A DNA stretch of 56,446 nt. Origin: Octopus bimaculoides (taxonomy: Eukaryota). Location of the stretch: assembly GCF_001194135.2 (NCBI RefSeq), contig NC_068995.1:10629848-10686293 (forward strand). Reading direction: 5' to 3'. Shown here in pieces: positions 25,125 to 37,888 of the stretch (its first letter is position 1; every line of letters begins with the position of its first letter). The notes under the pieces were generated by a model, which ran no database searches, had not been told where the DNA came from, and saw only the letters and a program-made list of their open reading frames with translations. The translations under genes and the position numbers were made by a program.

Positions 25125-25533
25125 TTAACAACAGGATGTATTCTCAAAGGAGAGATGATATAATGGTATAATAACTCTTCAATTCTATTCTATAGAACTG
25201 CAAATGAATCTACATTGGTGAGATTAACTTCCTAATATTTTTAATAAGAACATTTATTCAGAATATTCATATATATTACATTTTAGAAATTTCTAGAGAG
25301 AAGAAAAATTACCACTGATTTATTTGATATTGTCAGCAGAAACTGAGAAATGTATTTGTCCTAAATTAAAAATTACATCACTGTACAACTTGTTTTAAAT
25401 AAAATACACAAACCATACAAAAAATATTTCATTGTACTGTAATATAATATATATATGAGATCTTATGTGTTCTAAATCTTGTATTCATTCATTCTTTCAT
25501 ATATTTTATGTATATTCTGATCTGAAATTTATA

Positions 25534-25568
<35 letters not shown>

Positions 25569-25659
25569 ACAGGGTTTGCTCCTCAAATTGGACATTACCA
25601 ATTCAATCTTGTCAATATCTGCCTCCTTTATGGTATTATATTGCTTCTAGCTGTTGATA

Positions 25660-25703
<44 letters not shown>

Positions 25704-27497
25704 ACAGGCTTCTTTCAATTCCTGACTATCAAATCTCACAAAGCTTTGGTTGCCCCAGGGTTATAGTAGGAGACATTTCTTAAGGTTCTGTACAGCCATT
25801 CAATGCTTTGTGTGAGTGAATTTGGTAGACAAAAACTGGAAGAATGATGTTAAGAGATGCTGCTAATGATACACACACACGCAGATATAGATAGATAGAC
25901 TGGAATAGAGGGGGAGAGAAAAGGGAAAGAAGTATGCATGTACCAGCTTTTGAATCCATCACCACCATCTTGAATACAAAGCTCTCTCAAGCCCCATCGT
26001 TACTACATTTCCTAAAACACTCCCCTTCCTGTAAACCAGGTGGACCTCTTGTGCATTTAACGAGCCATAACAAATCATGCAGGGCCTGTGTAAATAGTGC
26101 GGTGTTTTAAGTGTGAATCACACGCCAGGGGGTACTAAACACTCCCCTCAAAAAAAAAAAAAATCCGATTAAGAACGGGTGTGAAAATATAGAGAGAAGA
26201 GAAATATACTTGTGTGTGCGTGTGTCAGTTATACTGTGTGTGTGAAAGTGTGGATGGATGTAATGTGTTGTATGTGGATAGGTTTTAGTATGTGGCTGTG
26301 TGTGTGTGCACGCTGGATTAAGAATGGATAATTAATAAACTATTGCATATTGCACATATATATAGCTACAAACATTATATATATATATATATATATACAG
26401 TGTCCCAGGATGGTCACAGTCTAATGACTAAAACAAGTAAAAGATATACATACATGTACATGTGTGTGTATATATATATATATTATATACATGCACATTA
26501 CTGACATGTTCATGCATAAACACACACATGTAAACATATATGTATATTTTTATCTTCATACATTTATCTATGCGTGCATAGACACACACACATACATACA
26601 CACACAAACAGAAGCAGACAGACATATTTTTTTATGTAAACTATAAACAATCATGCTCACACACACACATACACATGTAAACAGTATATGTGCATGTATA
26701 GGCACATATACACACACACACACATATGTAATTTACTTATTGCGTAAGCGTATACAAATACATATAAGTGAAGTGTACATATGTATGTTTGTGTGTGTGT
26801 ATTTAGTTGTGTGTTTGTGTGTGTGTATGTGAACAGAGGTTTTCAAAATGTTAAATGCTTTGTAATACAATTCCTCCAACTTCTGAAATAGTAATCAAGG
26901 TCAAAAGAGAATTGTCACACAAGACTGGTTCAATTCCCATCAGTTCTCATCACCACCCCCATCCCATAACATCTTACTGTAGAATGTTCTTTATTATATT
27001 CTTTCTGCTCTTACCACCACCACCACCATTGCCACCGCCCCCAACTATTACTGTTTAGAAGCATTTGTAAAAAGAGGAGAGAAAGAAGGTTGGAGGTACG
27101 AGGTGAGGGAAGAGGAGAAAGATGAGGGTGGTTGCCAGGCATGGCTGTGTGGTAAGAAGTTTGCTTCCCAATCACATGATCTCAGATTCAGTCCTATTGC
27201 ATGGCACCTTGGGTAAATGTCTTCCACTATAGCATCGGGCCAACTAAAGCTCTGTGAGTGGACTTGGGAGACGGAAACTGAACGAAGCCCATCATACATA
27301 CATATATACAGACAGAAAACTCATCAAGCCAAGCAAAATTGCAGACACTGGTATGCAAAAACACCCATTACACTCTCAAGAGTGGTTGGTGTTAGGAAGG
27401 GCATCTAGCCGTAGAAAAACCATGCCATTTCAGACTGGAGTCTGATACCGCCTTCCAGCTTACCAGCCTGGACAACGGACATTGAATGATGATGAGA

Positions 27498-27962
27498 TCA
27501 TCATCATCATCATCATCGTTTAACGTCCGCTTTCCATGCTAGCATGGGTTGGACGATTTGATTGAGGACTGGTGAAACCGGATGGCAACACCAGGCTCCA
27601 ATCTAATTTGGCAGAGTTTCTACAGCTGGATGCCCTTCCTAACACCAACCACTCAGAGAGTGTAGTGGGTGCTTTTACGTGTCACCCGCACGAAAACGGC
27701 CACGCTCGAAATGGTGTCTTTTATGTGCCACCCGCACAAGAGCCAGTCCAGGGGCACTGGCAATGATCTCGCTCGAAAACCCTACAAAGGCCAGTCAGGC
27801 GGTACTGGCAATGGTCACGCTCAAGATGGTACATCTTATGTGCCACCTGCACAAGAGCCAGTCCAGGGGCACTGGCAACGATCTCACTTGGCTTGCCGGG
27901 TCTTCTCACGCACAGCACATTTCCAAAGGTCTCGGTCAGTAGTCATCGCCTCGGTGAGGCCC
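27498..27962 (-). mobile_element. RTE 3' end (last codons plus 3'UTR with internal tandem repeats)
   Basis: Reverse complement matches 46570-47020 and ends in aaacgatgatgatg. It is tail to tail with a plus-strand tail at about 27370-27497. Confidence 0.8.
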
Positions 27963-28799
27963 ATATATATATATATATGTATATATGCACAAATGTAATT
28001 TTTTCCCAAAAGCTACAAGATATTATTCAGGCACTCACCTAGGAGTCCACTACATCTTCTAGCAGACACAGCTTTAAGTTCCTAAGATAATCATTTATTT
28101 CTTTGTTATCTCTCTTTCTTAAATATATAGTCATAAATGACAAGGATGGTATGACGAAAATTTATTTAACAATAATAAAATTCAAATATAACAAATTGTT
28201 TCGTAACTTAAATCATGTAAAGATAATTTATATTACTATGTTTAATAAATTACTTACAATGCGAAATGTAAAAAAATCTTGTAATACAGAAATTAAGCTA
28301 CATCCACACTTATATATATATATATATGTGTGTGTATATATATATGTATGTATGTCTGCATGTGTGTGTTTTTATGGGCAATTATACATTTACCATTAAA
28401 CATTACCTCACGGGTTATTCAATATATTGAAATGAAATATCAACTATATTTTCATAAGAACTAAGTTAACTCTGAGGTTGAGTTTCACAGTGTCTGGCTT
28501 CATGTAGAAGTGTGACAGAATCAGCACATGGTGAAACGTTGAAGCCACTATCAAGTTTTTCCTTGTAAAAATACACACACACACACACTGATATATAGAT
28601 ATAAGAAACACCATAAACAAAAGACAAAAAAAAATAATAAGACAGCCAGAAGAAGATTTAATATATTTTTAATGACATTTAATTCTGATATGACAGACAA
28701 GAGTCCAGTTTGGACAAAATGGACAGAATTCAGGTTTAAAAGACAAAAAAATAGAAATATTGAGAAAAAAAAACAAAAACTATAATATAATAATAATAA

Positions 28800-31110
28800 T
28801 GATTGTTTCTGATATAGGCACAAGGCCTGAAGTTTCAGAGAGAGAGAGAGAGTGAGTGTGTGTGTGAGTAAGGGTCGGGTTGTCAATTACAATGACCTCA
28901 GTACTTGAGTAGTACTTTATTTTAATCAATGCTGAAATGATGAAAGAAGGCAGAGCTGACCTTGGTACGATTTGAACTCGGCATGTAAAGAACTAGAAGT
29001 AGTACTTCAAAAGCATTTAGTCTGTCTGGAGTATAATAATTATAACAATTTCAAATTCTGGCAACGAGGCCAGCAATTTCGGTTGGTGTGGGGGTGGGGT
29101 GGAGGGTGGCACAAGGCCTTAAATGCTTGGGAGAGGTGGGGCGCTAGTTGATTACATTGATCCTCAGTATTTGACTGGTATTATATTTAATCGACCCTGA
29201 AAGGATGAAAGGCAAAGCCTACCTCAGTGGAATTTGAGCTCAGAATGTAGAGATGGATAAAATGCTGCTAAGCACAAAGGCCAGCTATTTTGAGGGGAGG
29301 GGATAAGCTGATTACATTGACTAGTACTTTATTTTATCAACCCAGTAAAGCAAAGCTGACCTCTGCAGGATTTGAACTCAGAACATAAAGAGCAGCAAAG
29401 CCGTTTTCTAATGCTCTAATGTTTCTGCCAGCTTACTGCAGAAACATTATTATTATTAATTACCATTAATGATGATAATAATAATGGTTTCAGATTTTGG
29501 CACAAAGCCAGCAATTTCAGGAAGCAGATAAATCGCTTACATCGATCCCAGTACTCAACTGGTACTTATTTCATCGATCCCGAAAAGATGACAAAGTCAA
29601 CTTCAGCAGAATTTGAACTCAGAATGTGAGGATGGATGAAATGGCACCAAGTATTTTGCCTGATGTGTTAACGATTCTGCCAGCTTGACACCTAAATAAT
29701 GATAATAATAATTCTTTCTACTAAAGGCATAAGGCCTGAAATTTGAAGGTGGTTGGGGACTAGTTGATTACGTCGACCCCAGTGTTTCACTGGTACTTAA
29801 TTTATCGACCCTGAAAGGACAAAAGGCAAAGTCAACCTTGGTGGAATTTGAACTCAAAATGTAGCAATGGGCGAAATACCACTAAGCATTTCGTCCAGCG
29901 TTCTAACAATTCTGCCAACTCGCTGCTTTAATAATAATAATAATGATGATGATGATGATGATGATGATCACAACATTTTTTTGTCACAACTCTGGAAGAT
30001 CCGTCACTTGTACTCATATATTTCTTTTATTCTCTTTGTTCTCAACAGATTTGCTCGCATGTAATATTAAAATGCAATACCAAACACACACACGCACAAC
30101 ACACATACATAGTCTTTATATGTGTCTGGGTACACATTTTATAGATATATACATATATATATATGCTTACGTATATGATGTGTGTGTTTGTACAAAAACA
30201 TAGGATTGTCGGGGAGTATGAGGTGTTTGCGTGTGGTGTTTGTGCATGTGTGTATGTGTGTGTGTGTGTGATGTGATGTAGTGTTTCCATGCAAGTATTT
30301 GGTAACTAGGGTCGCAAAAGCCATATTTTTAACTGATGCAAGCTAGAGGAACACTTGCCATCATAGCATATTCTAAAATTACTTCACACATTCTCAGTGG
30401 TGTTTGCTGCTAATATAACTGTTGATAAGTACAGTGTTCTCAATATAAGGATGGCTGCATGCAAACTTATGGGCTGTCTCAAGCTTTTGGCACGAGGGCA
30501 GCAAGTTTGGGGAAGAGGTACGTCTTTCGTCGATCTTGAAAAGATGAACGGTAAAGTCGACTTTGGCAGAATTTGAACTTGGAACATAAAAACAGACGAA
30601 ATGCCACTAAGCATATCGCCTGGCACACTGATGATTCTGTGGCGAGCTGGCAGAAACGTTAGCACACCGGGCGAAATGCTTAGCGGTATTTCGTCTACCG
30701 CTACATTCTGAGTTCAAATTCCACCGAGGTCGACTTTGCCTTTCATCCTTTCGGGGTCGATTAAATAAGTACCAGTTACGCACTGGGGTCGATATAATCG
30801 ACTTAATCCGTTTGTCTGTCCTTGTTTGTCCCCTCTGTGTGTAGCCCCTTGTGGGTAGTAAAGAAATAACACTGATGATTCTGTCAGCCTACTTACTTAA
30901 ATATTGGTTTCAAATTTTGGCACAAAGCCTGCAAATTTGGGAGAGGGGGTAAGTTGATTATATCAACTCCAGCCCTCAAATGGTACTTATTTTATTGACC
31001 CCAAAAGAATGAAAGTCAAAGCTGACCTCAGAGGAATTTCAACTTAAAATGTAAAGACAAAATGCTGCTAAGCATTTTTTCCCGGCGTGCTAATGATTCT
31101 GCCACCTTGG
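28800..31110 (-). mobile_element. Cluster of about 6-7 older SINE-E copies separated by (AAT)n
   Basis: Recurrent aaaggatgaaaggcaaagtcgacc...atttgaactcagaa motifs. Others at 37190-37400, 41365-41790 and 49040-49560. Confidence 0.75.
30641..30868 (+). mobile_element. SINE family E, young copy
   Basis: Head gagctggcagaaacgttagcac, core gaggtcgactttgcctttcatcctttcggggtcg, 16-bp TSD acactgatgattctgt (30625-30640 / 30869-30884). Confidence 0.9.
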
Positions 31111-31631
31111 CTGTTGTGTATATTGTGCTCAGGTAAACCTAGAGTGAACAAAGCTTTCCAGCCATGACTGTCTAGTGGGTTTTCTTAATTGCATCATCTA
31201 ACCAATGTGCTTTTGTTGGAGGATAGTGAGGGTCTTATTTGAGGTAAACGTAACAGTTATTTCTAGCAGGTTGAGTGAAATTATAAAGCCTACCCAGTTA
31301 AACCACGGACTCAATCAATGTGAAAATGAATGTGTGTATGCACATGTATGCATGTGTGTGTGTGTGTGTGTGTGTAGGAGTATATATGTTTATGTCCAGA
31401 AACAAAATTCCAGAACAGCCACATGTTTTACCACATGTTTTAAGTAAATCACAGACAAAGCAATTAGATGTGGAAAGCCTTCCTTTTAAATTTTTTTTTT
31501 TTCTGATATATTATTTACAAAATTGGAAAGCGGAGGGAATTGAGATTTTTCAAATGTTCGTTCATCCCCCATTGTCAGAGGACATTTTCGACATCATTTA
31601 AGTGTAATGAACTGAAAGGACTGATAATGTC

Positions 31632-31714
31632 TCAGGAGGGACGCATGTATAAATTTGTACCAGCATTTCGCACCGGGATGCTCATGTTATTCTTTAAATG
31701 GACGATTTTCCGAC
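31632..31714 (-). CDS. PKDCC: PKDCC last coding exon (GRKIVHLKNNMSIPVRNAGTNLYMRPS*)
   Basis: gttttcag acceptor, phase 1, TGA at 31632. The six exons sum to 1458 nt = 485 aa plus stop. Confidence 0.85.
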
Positions 31715-31780
31715 CTGAAAACAACAAAATATTGAAAATGAAGGATGAAACAAATTTACAAAATAAAACGAACTGGCATA

Positions 31781-32180
31781 GGTGCAAGTGTGGCTGTGTG
31801 GTAAGAGGTTTTATTTCCAAACTTACATGGTCCTGGATTCAGTTCCACTGCATGGCACCTTAGGCAAGTGTCTCCTACTATAACCCCGGGTTGACCAGGG
31901 CCGAGTAAATAAATTTGGTAGATGGAAACTGAAGAAGCCAGTCATACGTGTGTGTGTGTGGCTTTGTATTTGGCTCCCACCACCACCGCTTGACAACCAG
32001 TGCTGGTTTGTTTATGTCCCCATAACTTGATGGTTTAGCAAAAAAAAAAAATGGATTGATAGATTAAGTATTAGACTTAATCTAAAAAATTTTGTACTGG
32101 GGTCAATTTGTTTGATTAAGCTCTCCAAGTCAGTGCCCCAGCATGGCCTGGCCACAGCCTTATCAGTGAAACAAGCAGAG
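31781..32180 (+). mobile_element. SINE family A, diverged
   Basis: Head, core and tail motifs recognisable; lies antisense in PKDCC intron 5. Confidence 0.7.
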
Positions 32181-32296
32181 GATTAACACTTTTTATACAA
32201 TTCCTAATAATATTCAATCATAAAAATATAATGAGATCTTTTTTTAAAATAGAAATATTAATATTTCTAAATATCTCTAAATGGCAGCGGTACTGG

Positions 32297-32554
32297 ATAT
32301 TAATAGTTATCGCCAAGCCAACATAGCAGTCCAAAATATAGGATGAATGCTGCCGTGGATTAGCTCCAAGAGGCCATCACCTCTAGCTAGCTATGTGACA
32401 CACGAACTTGTGTCCATTATAACCTTCAAGCAGGGAACACAGGTTCGTGTGTCACATAGCTAGCTAGAGGCGATGGCCTCTTGGAGCTAATCAATAGCAG
32501 CATTCTTCCTATTTTTCTGGACTGCCATGTTAGCCTGGCGATAACTATTAATAT
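32297..32554. repeat. Long foldback, arms about 115-120 bp
   Basis: gattagctccaagaggccatc.cctctagctagctatgtgacacacgaac and its reverse complement around a short spacer. Confidence 0.9.
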
Positions 32555-32589
32555 TTTTTAAAATACTGATTGGCTAAAGGGAGCAGGGT

Positions 32590-33400
32590 TCACCCGAATA
32601 AAAGCAGAATCAAAGGGGTCTATAAAGAGAAAATAGTTGAGAAACACTGACATAGAACATTTGTGGAACACTCAATGAACGAAGTTCTCAACTGATTGAG
32701 TTTTGCAAGAAAGACAACTAAGAGGGTGATGCACTCTGTGAGTGAAGCTGTAGAGAATATCACCAAGAAAGCTGAGGGTGTCTTAGCATCCCTCAGTAAG
32801 ACCATTGCTATCTATTTAAAGCTGTATATGGCTATAGTACATCCACACTTAAGAGTTTACATCAACAGTCTGGAACATGTATCTTACTCAGCATAATCTC
32901 CTGGAAATTGTTCAGAAGTGTGCAACCAAACGATTACCTGCAGTCAGGCTTCTACCAAACACTGAATGTCTTGTTTCCCTGGATATGAACACAAAGCTCC
33001 AATGTCTGGCAACTGACTTGATAGACACACACAATATTATCCACCGTCTTTTGAACAAAAACCTTGGACACCTTTTTGAATTCCATATGTCTAACACTTG
33101 TGGACATGCTTACAAAATCAAGAAGCAAACACAGCACCCATGACTTTCAGAAACATTTTTTTACACTCAGAATTACTGAAGCATGGAATAAACTACCCAG
33201 ATCAGTAGTTAACTCTCAGGACACTACATCCTTCAAAACTTCCGCGCTTCCTGAAATTCACCAACAGTATACCTGATGTCCGCCCCAACTTTTTTTTTTA
33301 AATGACTCATTCACGGTTCACTTCCTGTGCATATTCTATAAACTGTTCATGCGCTTTTGTTTAGTTTTTCTGATTAATTGTAGTGCACTTGAGCAATAAG
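32590..33400 (+). mobile_element. CR1/L2-type LINE 3' fragment, degenerate
   Basis: Fragmented frames LYMAIVHPHL, LEIVQKCATKRL, CGHAYKI and KHFFTLRITEAWNKLPRSVV...SFK match CR1 ORF2 C-terminal motifs. A second piece lies at about 35113-35220. Confidence 0.8.
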
Positions 33401-33467
33401 TTCATAATTATCTTGTTTTGCTCAACAGCTGATTTTAACTGGCATAAAAAAACATGTAAAAACTCAC

Positions 33468-33644
33468 CTGTCCACGTAGTTTCTTGTGTCATGACAAATC
33501 CGAAACACTCTGGATCCCTTTCACAGATATCTTCAGCCTCTTTCTGATCAAACACAGTAAAAGTGCAACTCGTTCCGGATATAGAAGCTCGACATCTGTA
33601 ATCGTATTTACCGGGCAAATCACTTTCAAGATATTCTTTGTATT
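33468..33644 (-). CDS. PKDCC: PKDCC exon 5 (YKEYLESDLPGKYDYRC...AEDICERDPECFGFVMTQETTWT)
   Basis: ttatgtag acceptor, GTGAGT donor, 177 nt, phase 1/1. Cys-containing C-terminal domain typical of PKDCC. Confidence 0.9.
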
Positions 33645-33755
33645 CTACATAAAACAACAAAACATCTAAATACAAGTTAATGACAGAGTTTTTATGTAGT
33701 TGCTCAAACCAACAAGACATAGCAGCTAAATTTTCCTTATATTACACCCTTAGTG

Positions 33756-34087
33756 AGAGACCCCCTTCAGTCATGACTGACCATGGTATTGCACCTAGAA
33801 TGTTACCCTCCCAGGCACAAGTCCGGGCAAGGTTGTTTTATGGGAGACCAGCACTCGCCCATGCATACCGGCCTCCCCTCTCCATGCCACCAAGGGAAAG
33901 GCAAAGGGGGCCCCGATACAGCTTGGCACCAGTGACGTCGCAACTCATTCTACAGCTGAGTGAACTGGAGCAACGTGAAATAAAGTGTCTTGCTCAAGAA
34001 CACAACACGCAGCCCGGTCCGGGATTCAAACTCACAACCTTGCGATCGTAAGCTCGACGCTCTAACCACTGAGCCATGCGCCTTCAC
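33756..34087 (-). mobile_element. tRNA-headed SINE family D (tgtgttcttgagcaagacactttatttcacg core)
   Basis: Minus-strand head gtgaaggcgcatggctcagtggttagagcg and an imperfect TSD attac(a)ccc(t/c)tagtg. Relatives at 3131-3298 (+), 35385-35530 (-) and 51279-51447 (+). Confidence 0.8.
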
Positions 34088-34452
34088 ATTACCCCCTAGT
34101 GTCTTACAAAATAGGACAACACAGTTCTAAATTCTCTGCACAGGATGGCCATTGCTGGAAAGTCTGTTATCATATGTCTACTTAACCAAGACCGACCTGG
34201 TGTTAAACAACAATCATAGCAAAAACACCAAAATTATCATAACAGTTTGAAATAACCAATCACAAATACACTACATAAGATGAACCAATGAGAAAGAAGC
34301 TACTTGGAGTGCTAGAAATAGCAGTCACGTATTTTTCGTGTGTTACTTCTGTCTAGAAAAGAGAAAACTACAGCAGATAATGTGGTTCCTACATTGGAAT
34401 GTAAAAGAAAAATGAAGACAGAAATTTCTTTCAGTTCTTTATTTAAGAGACG

Positions 34453-34772
34453 AGGAATTATGTACATTATTTACATTATTTACATTTGATGGATATTTGT
34501 CCTCATCTTGTTTGTTGTATATGGCGTAGTGGTTAACAGCATGGGCTGCTAACCCCAAGATTCCGAGTTCGATTCCAGGCAGTGACCTGAATAATAGTAA
34601 TAATAATAATATTAATAGTAATAACATCGAAAAATACCTTAGGAATGAGAACCCAGGTTCGAAATTTCCCCAAGACACCTGATGAAGGCTGGAGGGTATA
34701 TCAGCTGAAACATTGTGTTAACAACAAACAAAATGAGGACAAATATCCATCAAATGTAAATAATGTAAATAA
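34453..34772 (+). mobile_element. SINE-like element: tRNA-like head + (AAT)n + Penelope-type tail with hammerhead motif, preceded by an inverted tail copy
   Basis: A box TGGCGTAGTGG 34522-34532, B box GTTCGATTC 34567-34575, hammerhead 34674-34719; 34453-34518 is the reverse complement of the tail starting at 34721. Confidence 0.75.
34674..34719 (+). ncRNA. Minimal type I hammerhead ribozyme motif (probably decayed)
   Basis: Stem I GACAC/GUGUU, CUGAUGA core plus one extra A, stem II GGCUGG/UCAGCU with an 8-nt loop, GAAA, then CAUU at the cleavage position. Confidence 0.65.
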
Positions 34773-34799
34773 GGAATTTCTTTGATTATAAGTTTAAAG

Positions 34800-35069
34800 C
34801 AGGAGTTTTCAAACTGTGGTCCGCAAGGACAAGACCGGGGGCCCGTGAACAGCAAATACTTTTTATGGGCAATTTGATTTTATATATGTTTTTTAATCGA
34901 AATTTTTTAATTGACAATAAACCTATTTGTTAAATACTGTTAAATAAATAAATGTAAAAATATATGTTATTTTAAGCAAATATTTATGTACAAATTTCAT
35001 AAGCGTTTATAAGGGGGTAAAGCCTGAAATATAAGGGGGTCCGCAAGTCAAAAAGTTTGAAAACCCCTG
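34800..35069. mobile_element. hAT (Charlie-like) MITE
   Basis: TIRs CAGGAGTTTTCAAACT / AGTTTGAAAACCCCTG and an 8-bp TSD gtttaaag / gtctaaag. Confidence 0.85.
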
Positions 35070-36421
35070 GTCTAAAGGGTAAAGAGGCAAAAGAGGGTCA
35101 AACGAATACCTGGAGTCAGGCATCTACCATACATTGAATGTCTTGTTTCCCTGGATATGAACACAAAGCTCCGATGTCTGGTAACTGACTTGGTAGACAC
35201 CCACAATATTATCGACCATCATATAGATGGCGTTAGGAAGGGCATCCAGCTGTAGAAACTCTGCCAAATTAGATTGGAGCCTGGTGTTGCCATCCGGTTT
35301 CACCAGTCCTCAGTCAAATCGTCCAACCCATGCTAGCATGGAAAGCGGACGTTAAACGATGATGATGATGATGATGATATAGACTCACAAGGGCCGGTTT
35401 CCTGATTTCCCCGTCTATATATTTCCCACCTGGACGGGACGCCAGTCCGTCACAGGATTACTCATTTTCTTCCAGCTGAGTGGACTGGAGCAACGTGTAA
35501 TGAAGTATTTTTTTCTCAAGAACACAATGCAACATGGGGATTATAGGTCTGTTTGATGAGCATTGACTTAATAATAAGTGACGACAACAACAACACAACA
35601 TAGATATTTTGCCTAAGATAATATAGTACTAGATACACTTAGCCCGAGAAAAAAAGTGATGGGATGGCCATAACTGGAACACCTTTGATCACAGGCCTAC
35701 TCAAAGAGGGTTAATTTGGGGTTAAGCAAAATACAATCCTTAACAAAAAGAGACCTTCGTCCATTTTAGGCGCAGGCATAGCTATGTGGTTAAGAAGCTT
35801 GCTTCGAAACCATGTGGTTCTGGGTTCAATCCCACTGCATAGCACCCCAGGTGAGTGTCTTCAACTTTAGTCATGGACTAGCCAATGCCTTGTAAGTGAA
35901 TTTGGTAGATGGAAAGTGTGTGATGAGACCTTTGTGCTTGAGAAGATCCATCAAGCCATGGGAAATCGTAGCCATGGTAGATACTGATGCCATGCAACTG
36001 GTACATAAAAGCACCCATGACACTCTCAGAGTGGTTGGCATATTAGGAAGGGCATCCAGCTGTAGAAACCTTCCAAATCAGACTGGAGTCTGGTGCAGCC
36101 CCTCAGCTTGCCAGCTCTGGTCAAATAGTCCAACCCATGCCACTATGGACAATAGATGTTAAATAAAGATGATGATGATATATATATATATATATATATA
36201 TTTGACTTGGTTTTTGTGTCTTTCCCTCACCTACTACTTTAGAACCAATGTTGGTTTGTTTGTATTCCAGTAACTTAGTGGTTTAGCAAAAGAGACCAAT
36301 AGTAATTTTCAATATAATTACTGGGGTTGATTTGTTCAACTAAACTCTTCAGGGTGATGCCCCAGCATGACCGCAGCCCAATGACTGAAACAAGTAAAAG
36401 AAATCAAAGTGACATGCTCAC

Positions 36422-36672
36422 CAGTCTTCACAGGTTCAGTCCTGTTCAGGTAATGGCCAGTTTTGTACAGGTGTACAGCCTTTTGCATCTGTTCTAGAAG
36501 TCTGTCGGCGTTCATGGTCAAGTTGGTAAAGCCAGAAACCACATCGTAAAGAATAGGATGGAGGGATGGTGGAGCACCATATGGAAGTCGAAAAATTATG
36601 AAATGGCGCCCAGCATTGAAGATATTTTTCTTTTCATTCAGTCCGACACAATGACCGTTCTGACAAGGGATT
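36422..36672 (-). CDS. PKDCC: PKDCC exon 4 (IPCQNGHCVGLNEKKNIFNAGRHF...PYGAPPSL...)
   Basis: cctttcag acceptor, GTGAGC donor, 251 nt, phase 2/1, in frame with both neighbours. Confidence 0.9.
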
Positions 36673-36760
36673 CTGAAAGGGGAACAAACAAAAGATGAAC
36701 TAAAAATACACAAGGTGACACAGCAGATTTCGAGAAAATGTCTGGTGGTATTTGTCAGTA

Positions 36761-37153
36761 GTGGAGGCGCAATGGCCCAGTGGTTAGGGCAGTGGACTCC
36801 CGGTCATAGGATTGCGGTTCGATTCCCAGACCGGGCATTGTGAGTGTTTATTGAGCGAAAACACCTAAAGCTCCACGAGGCTCCAGCAGGGGATGGTGGC
36901 GAACCCTGCTGTACTCTTTCACCACAACTTTCTCTTGCTCTTTCTTCCTCTTTCTGTTGTGCCTGTATTTCAAAGGGGCCAGCCTTGTCACACTGTGTCA
37001 CGCTGAATATTCCCGAGAACTACATTAAGGGTACACGTGTCTGTGGAGTGCTCAGCCACTTGGACGTTAATTTCACGAGCAGGCTGTTCCGTTGATCGGA
37101 TCAACTGGAACAGCCTACAAGCACATCATAAGCGACAGAGTGCCAACAACAAC
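36761..37153 (+). mobile_element. SINE family B, full length
   Basis: Same sequence family; 11-bp TSD atttgtcagta (36750-36760 / 37154-37164). Confidence 0.9.
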
Positions 37154-37602
37154 ATTTGTCAGTAATTAATAAGCACAAAACACTGATTTCAAATTCTGGC
37201 ACAAGTCTAGCAGGTTTGATAGAAGGGGTCAAGTTGATTAAATTAACCCCAGTCTTCAACTGGTGTTTATTTTTATGAGCGCTAAAAGGATGAAAGGTGA
37301 AGTTGAACCTGGTGGAGTTTGAACTCAGAATGTACAGATGGAGGAAATGCCGCTGTGCATTTTGCCCAGCATGCTAACGATTCAGCCAGGTTGCCAACTT
37401 AGTAACTACAAAATATTCACTAAGTGGATTTGCAAGTTACATGGTAACCTCACTGGTCTAAATACTCTACTTATTTTATATACAAACTGGCCACATCTGG
37501 CCTCTCAAACACACCCTACAATGTCATTCTAAAAATAAACAATCACATCAGTGAAATCTTGAAGCTACAAAACAACACAGGATTAATTCAAAACAATGTT
37601 AA

Positions 37603-37788
37603 CCTTTTACCATTTAAACCGGCCATACCTGGCCAAAAGTATTCTCTCACACCAACCCTACAATATCGTTTTAAAAATTAATAGCTACCTCATCAAAATC
37701 TCATAGCTACAAGATAATGCATGATTAGTTCAAAACGATGTAGATAAAAAAGCATTAATTTTGGCAGAATAATGCAAACACTAAAGGG
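37603..37788 (+). mobile_element. piggyBac-type MITE nested in a related older MITE (about 37460-37841)
   Basis: TTAA at 37599-37602 and 37789-37792; the host resumes after it and ends caaaagggttaa. Confidence 0.7.
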
Positions 37789-37888
37789 TTAAATGAAGAA
37801 GCGTTACATTTGACAGAGTAATCTGAATGCAAAAGGGTTAAAGAATGAAAGTTCAAAGAAAGAAAAATGTTTTGAAAGTATCACTAAC

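Noticed and set aside
27680-27890. Repeat-spacer-like pattern (also 46770-46950 and 1024-1503) as CRISPR
   Set aside because: Eukaryotic context, degenerate repeats, spacers related to each other, no cas genes. These are RTE 3'UTR repeats and a minisatellite.
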